A program made the position numbers and the translations under genes. The notes below the pieces were generated by a model. It was not told the DNA's origin. It was given only the letters and a program-made list of their open reading frames with translations, and did not search any database. From the NCBI GenBank assembly GCA_965250285.1, contig OZ252299.1:4736001-4800000 (forward strand): DNA of 64,000 nucleotides. Direction: 5' to 3'. This stretch comes from Myxococcota bacterium (lineage in GTDB: Bacteria; Myxococcota_A; UBA9160; UBA4427). Positions 57,639-64,000 of the stretch are shown here, in pieces (within the stretch, counting starts at the first letter, position 1; every line of letters begins with the position of its first letter).

Positions 57639-58838
57639 TCACCGCTCGGGCGTGAACTCGACCGGCAGATGCAGGAACCCGCGCACGAAGGATGACGGGG
57701 GGTAATCGGGCTCGTGGCCTTCGGGCACGTGCATGTCGGGCAGGCGCCGAAAGAGCTCTTCGTACAACACCCGGATCTGGGTGCGGGCAAGGCTCGCGCC
57801 CAGACAGAAATGCACGCCGATCCCGAAGGCCAGGTGCGGGTTCTTTTCGCGCGTCACGTCGAGGCGCTCGGGCTCTTCGAACACGCGGTCGTCGAAGTTG
57901 GCGGCCGGGTAGAGCAGCACGACCTGGTCGCCTTCGCGAATCGTCTGGCCGTGCATCTCGGTGTCGCGCTTCGCCGTTCGCCGCATGTTGAGGATCGGCG
58001 TGTGCCAGCGAATCAACTCTTCGACCGCGCCGGGCAGTCGCGACGGGTCGTCGATCAGCAGCTTCCTCTGGTCGGGGTACCGCGACAAGAGCTCCATCGT
58101 GCCGCCGATGACGTTGCGACTGGTCTCGCTGCCACCCACCAGCAACAGCAGAGTTTCGTGGATCAACTCGTCGTCGGTGAGTCGCTCGCCGTCGACCTCG
58201 GCGTTCACCAGAATGCTGATCAGGTCGTCGCCGGGCTCACTGCGTTTTCGCTCGCAGAGTGCCCGCGTGTACTCGGAGTAGTCGAGAAACGCCTGTGTGA
58301 GTTCGCCGATCGTCGTCTCGTCGACGGCGTCGCTGCCGAGCGTCATGACGTCCGACCAGTGACCCAGCCGATCGAGGTCTTCATGGGGCACGCCGAGGAA
58401 CTGCCCGATCATCTCGAGCGGCAGCCGGGCTGCGATGTCGACGACGAAGTCGCACTCGCCCTGCTTCGCGACCCCATCGATCAGCCGCGTCGCGATCGCG
58501 CGAATCTGGTCGCCGCGCATCGAGAGCTGCCGAGGCGTGAAGCCCTTCGAAACGAAGCGACGAAGCACGCCGTGATGAGGCTCGTCCTGGTTGATCATCG
58601 ACGGGTTGGTCGGGATGTTCGGTCGGCTGCCCTGGGCGCTCGAGAACGTGTCGGTCTGCTTCGAGACCGCGACGACGTCTTCATGGCGCGATACGCACCA
58701 CAGCTCGGCCTTCGGGTCCCAGTGCAGCGGCGACTCGTCGCGCAGAAACCGGTAGATGTCGAAGCTGGCTTCGGTGGGCGTCGCGAAGAGGTCGCGATCG
58801 AGGACGTTCAGGCTTGCGTCGAGGGGGGGCGCCGGCAT
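57639..58838 (-). CDS. Cytochrome P450 (CYP125/142-like)
   Basis: GGSETSRN I-helix, EELIR, HLAFGIGVHFCLGA heme motif. Confidence 0.95.
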   Translation of the reverse strand: MPAPPLDASLNVLDRDLFATPTEASFDIYRFLRDESPLHWDPKAELWCVSRHEDVVAVSKQTDTFSSAQGSRPNIPTNPSMINQDEPHHGVLRRFVSKGFTPRQLSMRGDQIRAIATRLIDGVAKQGECDFVVDIAARLPLEMIGQFLGVPHEDLDRLGHWSDVMTLGSDAVDETTIGELTQAFLDYSEYTRALCERKRSEPGDDLISILVNAEVDGERLTDDELIHETLLLLVGGSETSRNVIGGTMELLSRYPDQRKLLIDDPSRLPGAVEELIRWHTPILNMRRTAKRDTEMHGQTIREGDQVVLLYPAANFDDRVFEEPERLDVTREKNPHLAFGIGVHFCLGASLARTQIRVLYEELFRRLPDMHVPEGHEPDYPPSSFVRGFLHLPVEFTPER

Positions 58839-58932
58839 TCGATCACTCTACCGCACGCGCTCGCGGTGGGCGCTCAGCAGCACAGGGGGCGACGACGCGG
58901 CCCGACTCGCGAGCCACGACCGCGGGGGCAGA

Positions 58933-59427
58933 CTAGCCGTCCACGCTCGTGCGCAGCCGCGCCCCGACCACCTCGTCCGGTGAGCAGACCGAGGCAAGGA
59001 TCGAGTCGAAGATCGGCTCGAAGCGCGGCCACAGCGTGCACTCCGCGCTCGCCGTCAGATGCAGGTTTGCGTCGGGCGAAGCGGCCCACAGCATGTCTCG
59101 CTGAGTCAGGACGAGATCGTCGTGCAGCGCGTCATACTCGACGCTCGCCACCTCACCGCCCGACGGCCGGCTCGCGACACCGCGGCGCCGCACGTGCAGC
59201 CCGCGCTGGGTCTCGGCCAGGGTCGCGCAGAGTCGGTCGAGCGAACTCGTCAGGGAGCGGCCCGCGTCGCGCGGAACGAGCTCGAACATGACGTTCGCCC
59301 GCCAGCCGCGCTCGACTTTCGGGTGCATCGCGATCAGGCCGCGCAGGCCCGGGACGGGCTCGACGACCCACTCGGCGGGGCAGGTGAAGACGACGTCGCA
59401 CAGACGGTGAGTCACGATCTCGGGCAT
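58933..59427 (-). CDS. DcrB/PsbP-like hypothetical protein
   Basis: F..P..W, RANV, LTASA...F..ILAS pattern typical of Mog1/PsbP-fold proteins. Confidence 0.55.
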   Translation of the reverse strand: MPEIVTHRLCDVVFTCPAEWVVEPVPGLRGLIAMHPKVERGWRANVMFELVPRDAGRSLTSSLDRLCATLAETQRGLHVRRRGVASRPSGGEVASVEYDALHDDLVLTQRDMLWAASPDANLHLTASAECTLWPRFEPIFDSILASVCSPDEVVGARLRTSVDG

Positions 59428-59670
59428 GGGGGGCGGGGAACTCCAGAAGCCAGGTCTCACACGAGTCTCGGCGTCGTCGAGGCTCGGCTTGAGATCGAGC
59501 CGACGCGATCTCACGCGGCGCCCACCCGAAGCGGCGGCGATTCCGCTCCCCCGGCAGCGTGCCGTCCCGACGGAACGTGCTGCGCATCCAGGCGCGCTTG
59601 GCCCCGGTCGCTGGGCGAGGCAGCGTGCTGACGTCGACACATCAAGGCAGGCCCCCGCGACGCCGATTCG

Positions 59671-61488
59671 ATGCGCTGGAGTCCTGCGCACGTGCCCGAG
59701 GCCTATCAGCTGATCCTGCTCGTCTCCTGCATCGCCTGCGCGATGTCGGCGACCTCGATCCTCGTTCGCGATCCCGACGAGCCAACGAACCGGTACGCCG
59801 CGACGATCGTCTTTGGTGGTGCTTTCTGGGCCTTCTGCGAGGTGCTGTGGAATCGCACCGCAGACGCCAACACGGCGATGACCCTGATCAAGCTGTCGGC
59901 GCTGGGTTGGATCTTCATCGGGCCGCTCGGCATGCAGCTGCTGCTCGAGATGGCAGGGCGACCGAAGAAGCCCGTCCGGCACGTGCTGCGTCTGCTCTGG
60001 GTTTCGGCGTTCGTGCTTCTGGCGGTCGACTGGTTCACGCCGCTGATCCACGAGCGCGTGGTGCGAACCGCCTGGGGCTGGTCGTACGAGCTGGGGCCCG
60101 CGTATCTCCTCTTCTACGCCATCACCACGGCGTCGCTGATCACCGGCATCTCGGCGGTCGGTCTCGAGCTGCCGAAATGGACGTCGCGGGGCGAACGCGC
60201 CCAGGGCCTCGGGCTGATCTGCGGGATCCTCGTTCCGCTCACGGTCGCTTCTCTCACCGACGGCCTGCTCCCGCTCTTCGACGTGCACGTGTGGCATCTC
60301 GGGACCGCGTCGATCGCGATGCTCGGCGGCATCGTCACGTGGACGTTCCACCGCTATGGCTACTCGCTGCTCGCGCCGGGGACGTTCGCGCGCGAGATCC
60401 TCGAGACGCTGCCCGACGGCGTCATGCTGCTGCATCTCGATGGACGCATTCGGCGTGCGAACCCGGCGATGCTCGAGTTCGCCGGCGTCGAGTCATCCGA
60501 CCAGCTGCAGTTTCGGCGAGCCCAGGAGCTCTTCGATCAGCCCCTCGCGATGAGTGAGGAGATTCGCCACGAGGTCGAGATGCGCGTTCTCCCGCTCGGC
60601 GGTGGCACGATGACGCCGGTCGCCGTCTCGACGCGCATGCTGCGCAACCGACTCGACGAGCCCACCGGTCTCGTCGTCGTCGCACGCGACCTGCGCGAGA
60701 TTGTGAACCTGCGCCAGCGCGTCACGATCGGCGGACGCATGGCCGCCGTCGGTCAGCTGGCAGCGGGTGTGGCGCACGAGCTCAACAATCCCATCGCATA
60801 CGTGCGTGCAAACGTCTCGATGCTGCTCGAGCACTGGCAGACCCTGCGCGCGCGGCACGATCCCGACCTGTCCTCGCACGGGGGTGAAGAGCCCAAGCCT
60901 GAGGAGGACGTCTCGCTGTGGGACGAGGGCACGGAGCTGATCCACGAGTCGCTCGAGGGCATCGAACGCGCGACGTCGATCGTCCGCGACATCAAGACGT
61001 TCTCACACGGCGCGGGCAACGAGCGCGAGATCGCCGATCTGACGCGGCTGCTCGATGCCACGCTGCGCATCGCCGCGCCCCAGCTTCGCCATCGAGTGAG
61101 CGTCGAGCGCAGCGATGGGGACATCCCGGTCGTCGAGTGTGCGCCGCGCGAGATCCAGCAGGTCTTCCTCAACCTGCTGCTGAATGCCGTCGACGCGACG
61201 CCGAACGTCGAGTCGGGCTCGCTGCCGACCATCTGCGTCGAAACCAGCGCCGACGCGCGCAACGTGCGGATCCGCTTCGTCGACGAGGGCGAGGGCATCG
61301 AAGCGGACTGCCTCGAGCGCATCTTCGATCCGTTCTTCACGACGAAGCCGGCCGGCGAGGGCACCGGTCTCGGGCTCGCTCTGTCGTACGAGATCGTGCG
61401 TCGGCACGGGGGTGACATCAGCGTGCAGAGCGAGCTCGGCGCGGGCACCGCCTTCACCGTCGTACTGCCGCGGCTCGAAGACGACTAG
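59671..61488 (+). CDS. Sensor histidine kinase (7TM-PAS-HisKA-HATPase)
   Basis: About 7 TMs; PAS; AGVAHELNNP, QVFLNLLLNA, D.GEGI, IFDPFFTTK..G.GTGLGL. Confidence 0.93.
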   Translation: MRWSPAHVPEAYQLILLVSCIACAMSATSILVRDPDEPTNRYAATIVFGGAFWAFCEVLWNRTADANTAMTLIKLSALGWIFIGPLGMQLLLEMAGRPKKPVRHVLRLLWVSAFVLLAVDWFTPLIHERVVRTAWGWSYELGPAYLLFYAITTASLITGISAVGLELPKWTSRGERAQGLGLICGILVPLTVASLTDGLLPLFDVHVWHLGTASIAMLGGIVTWTFHRYGYSLLAPGTFAREILETLPDGVMLLHLDGRIRRANPAMLEFAGVESSDQLQFRRAQELFDQPLAMSEEIRHEVEMRVLPLGGGTMTPVAVSTRMLRNRLDEPTGLVVVARDLREIVNLRQRVTIGGRMAAVGQLAAGVAHELNNPIAYVRANVSMLLEHWQTLRARHDPDLSSHGGEEPKPEEDVSLWDEGTELIHESLEGIERATSIVRDIKTFSHGAGNEREIADLTRLLDATLRIAAPQLRHRVSVERSDGDIPVVECAPREIQQVFLNLLLNAVDATPNVESGSLPTICVETSADARNVRIRFVDEGEGIEADCLERIFDPFFTTKPAGEGTGLGLALSYEIVRRHGGDISVQSELGAGTAFTVVLPRLEDD

Positions 61489-61716
61489 ATCGACGGCGCC
61501 CACGCGCGCATTCGCCGCGGTCGACCACGATCCGCGAGTCGCCTCGCGCCGAGCGGCATCGAAACCTGGACGTCGTCCAACTCCACGTCGGACACTGGCG
61601 CGTGTCCCATCCCCCTCACACCTCTTGACGCACCCTGTCAGCAGCGACGGCCCGAGAACCCCGCGCCGGGCCGACTCGCCTAAACTCCCCGCTCCACGGA
61701 CGGCAGGCGACCGCCC

Positions 61717-63063
61717 GTGATTCGATCGTCGGAGAAGCCCTTGCCCGAACCGGAGCGAAACACGACCCCGCTGATCCGCGACTTTCGGGTCGTCCGCGCG
61801 CGCAGCGAGGCCATTTGCGCCCACCTCGGCGACGAAGATCTCGTCGCACAGTCGATGGCGGATGCGAGCCCGGCGAAGTGGCACCTCGCCCACACCACGT
61901 GGTTCTTCGAGACGTTCGTGCTCGCCAGCTTCGCGAAGGATCACCGCCCGCATCATCCCACCTACGGCTTCTTGTTCAATTCGTACTACAACGCCGCCGG
62001 CGAGCGGCACGCTCGACCCATGCGCGGCGCCCTCACGCGGCCGACGCGCGTCGAGGTCATGGCCTATCGCGCCGCCGTCGACGAAGCCATCGTCGCGCTG
62101 CTCGAGAGCGACGCGCTCTCGGGCGACGCGCGCACCCAGGCCGAGTCGATCGTCCGCCTCGGTCTCCACCACGAGCAGCAGCATCAGGAGCTGACGCTCA
62201 CCGACCTCAAGCATCTCTTCTCGCTCAATGCCCTCGATCCGGCGTACCGGCCGCCCCTCGGCGTCGACGCAGCCGAGGCCGAAGGGTTCCGTTGGCTCGC
62301 TTTCGACGCCGGTGTGCGCGAGATCGGCGAGGGCGGGCCGTGCGCGACCGCCCTGCGACCGCGTTGGCACGACACCGCGCCTTTCGCGTTCGACAACGAA
62401 GGGCCGCGGCATCGCGTCTTCGTCGAAGCCCACGCGATCGCCGATCGCCTGGTCACCAATGCCGAGTTCCTCGCCTTCATCGAGGCCGGCGGCTACGACA
62501 CGCCGTCGCTGTGGCTCGATCGCGGTTGGGCGACGGTTCAGCGCGAAGGCTGGCGCCACCCCCTCTACTGGCGGAACGCCGATGGCGGGTTTCGGGAGTT
62601 CACGCTTGCCGGCCTGCGCGACTTCGCGCCCCATGAGCCGGTCTCTCACCTGTCTCTCTACGAGGCCGATGCATTCGCACGCTGGGCCGGCGCCCGCCTG
62701 CCGTCGGAGGCCGAGTGGGAGGCGGCTGCCAGTGAGCTCGGTACGTGCGGCACGCTCGCCGACGACGAACGCTTCCACCCTGCGCCGGCCAAGCCCTTGG
62801 GCGACGCCGCGCCGCGCGCGATGCGTCAGGCGTTTGGCGAGGTGTGGGAGTGGACTTCGAGCGCGTATGGCCCGTATCCGGGCTTCTGCCCCGCCGCGGG
62901 CGCCCTCGGCGAGTACAACGGCAAGTTCATGAGCGAGCAATCGGTGCTGCGGGGCGCGTCTTGCGTCACGTCGCACGCGCACGTGCGTCCCTCGTACCGC
63001 AACTTCTTCTATGCCCCGGATCGCTGGCAGTTCAGCGGTGTGCGGCTCGCAAAGGACCTCTGA
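61717..63063 (+). CDS. egtB: Ergothioneine biosynthesis sulfoxide synthase EgtB
   Basis: QSMADASPAKWHLAHTTWFFE, FNSYY, HHEQQHQEL, FDNEGPRH, GEYNGKFM, YRNFF...RWQFSG.RLA. Confidence 0.93.
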   Translation: MIRSSEKPLPEPERNTTPLIRDFRVVRARSEAICAHLGDEDLVAQSMADASPAKWHLAHTTWFFETFVLASFAKDHRPHHPTYGFLFNSYYNAAGERHARPMRGALTRPTRVEVMAYRAAVDEAIVALLESDALSGDARTQAESIVRLGLHHEQQHQELTLTDLKHLFSLNALDPAYRPPLGVDAAEAEGFRWLAFDAGVREIGEGGPCATALRPRWHDTAPFAFDNEGPRHRVFVEAHAIADRLVTNAEFLAFIEAGGYDTPSLWLDRGWATVQREGWRHPLYWRNADGGFREFTLAGLRDFAPHEPVSHLSLYEADAFARWAGARLPSEAEWEAAASELGTCGTLADDERFHPAPAKPLGDAAPRAMRQAFGEVWEWTSSAYGPYPGFCPAAGALGEYNGKFMSEQSVLRGASCVTSHAHVRPSYRNFFYAPDRWQFSGVRLAKDL

Positions 63064-64000
63064 TGCCGCCCTCCGCCTCCGCTCCGATCTCGGCGACCGA
63101 CAAGACCGCGAAACGAAGCGAAGCCCGAACGGGCGCGCGCACCGTTGCACGGCACGACGCCGAGCCAGACGACGAGCTGCCGCTCTACGACCTGCATCCG
63201 GCGCCCGACGACATGCGCGGCGACATTCTCGCGGGCCTACGCGCCTCGCCGAAGACCCTGCCCTGCAAGTACTTCTACGACGAGCGTGGCTCGCTGCTGT
63301 TCGACGAGATCTGCGAGCTCGACGAGTACTACCCGACGCGCACAGAGACAGGCATCCTCGAGCGGCATGCGGTCGACATGGCCGCAGCGATCGGCGAGGA
63401 CGCGCTCGTAATCGAGCTCGGCAGTGGCAGCTCGACCAAGACGCCCCTGCTTCTCGGCGCGCTCGAGCGCGGGGCCGGCTACGTGCCGATCGACATCTCG
63501 CGTGCGCACCTGCTGAATGCAGCGGGTCGGATCCGCGACGCATTCCCCGAGCTACCGATCTGGCCGGTGTGCGCCGACTTCACCGCGCTGTCCGAGCTGC
63601 CGCCGATCGAGGGATCGCCCCGGCGTCGGTACGTCTTCTTCCCCGGCTCGACGATGGGCAACTTCGAATTGGCCGGACAGCAACGACTGCTCGAGCAGAT
63701 CGTCTCCCTGTGCCAGCCCGAAGGCGGCGGCCTGCTGATCGGGCTCGACCTGCTCAAGGATCGCGAGACCCTCGAGGCCGCGTACAACGACGCTCGGGGC
63801 GTGACGGCGGCCTTCAACCTCAACCTGCTCGAACGGGTGAACCGCGAGCTCGATGCCGACTTCGACCTCGAGGCCTTCGACCACCACGCGCCGTTCAACG
63901 CCGACGCGGGGCGGATCGAGATGCACCTCGTGAGCCGCGCCGACCAGACGGTTCGTCTCGGTGATGCGCGCATCGTCTTCGCAGAGGGCGAACGCGTGTG
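63063..64000 (+). CDS. egtD: Histidine N-alpha-methyltransferase EgtD; 3'-truncated by window edge
   Basis: TGATG overlap with egtB; own translation gives PKTLPCKYFYDERGSLLFDEICELDEYYPTRTE, IELGSGSSTKT, FFPGSTMGN, AYNDARGVTAAFNLN (not in the ORF track because it runs off the window). Confidence 0.93.
   Translation, partial: MPPSASAPISATDKTAKRSEARTGARTVARHDAEPDDELPLYDLHPAPDDMRGDILAGLRASPKTLPCKYFYDERGSLLFDEICELDEYYPTRTETGILERHAVDMAAAIGEDALVIELGSGSSTKTPLLLGALERGAGYVPIDISRAHLLNAAGRIRDAFPELPIWPVCADFTALSELPPIEGSPRRRYVFFPGSTMGNFELAGQQRLLEQIVSLCQPEGGGLLIGLDLLKDRETLEAAYNDARGVTAAFNLNLLERVNRELDADFDLEAFDHHAPFNADAGRIEMHLVSRADQTVRLGDARIVFAEGERV

Noticed and set aside
61489..61716. Riboswitch (e.g. SAM) upstream of egtB
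   Set aside because: Some GC hairpins but no recognisable conserved aptamer blocks
61717..63063. SenA (selenoneine) or OvoA instead of EgtB
   Set aside because: Coupled to egtD, with no senB/senC nearby and no C-terminal methyltransferase domain

Overview
High-GC, gene-dense bacterial chromosome segment. The codon style, Hanks-type kinase, sigma54 signal, P450/F420/SnoaL content and Gram-negative envelope genes (Pal, LpxL-like) suggest a Myxococcota/deltaproteobacterium-like organism, which is an inference only. About 60 CDS can be supported. They include cofactor genes (thiC behind a TPP riboswitch, cofGH, folB, thiI, egtB-egtD, a CbiX-like chelatase), signalling genes (membrane Ser/Thr kinase, diguanylate cyclase, histidine kinase, ECF sigma/anti-sigma) and a DinG-exonuclease. 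There is also a self-contained fatty-acid/lipid operon (FabH, FabA, FabG, FabZ, KS, atypical ACP, acyltransferase, PPTase, and a 1880-aa single-chain biotin carboxylase). No rRNA, tRNA, CRISPR array or prophage was seen. Most interesting: (1) a Wss1/SPRTN-like HExxH metalloprotease ending in a beta-clamp-binding motif (QLDLF), next to a stand-alone Lon-N domain protein and a degenerate dnaA paralog; (2) a 79-bp MIRU-like tandem array that duplicates the fabA 3' end with mostly synonymous divergence; (3) a TPP riboswitch with a greatly extended P5; (4) a candidate minus-strand sRNA after thiC; (5) a 313-bp IS5-derived miniature element sitting in a stop codon. Start codons were chosen by eye and all family calls come from motif recognition, not database searches.
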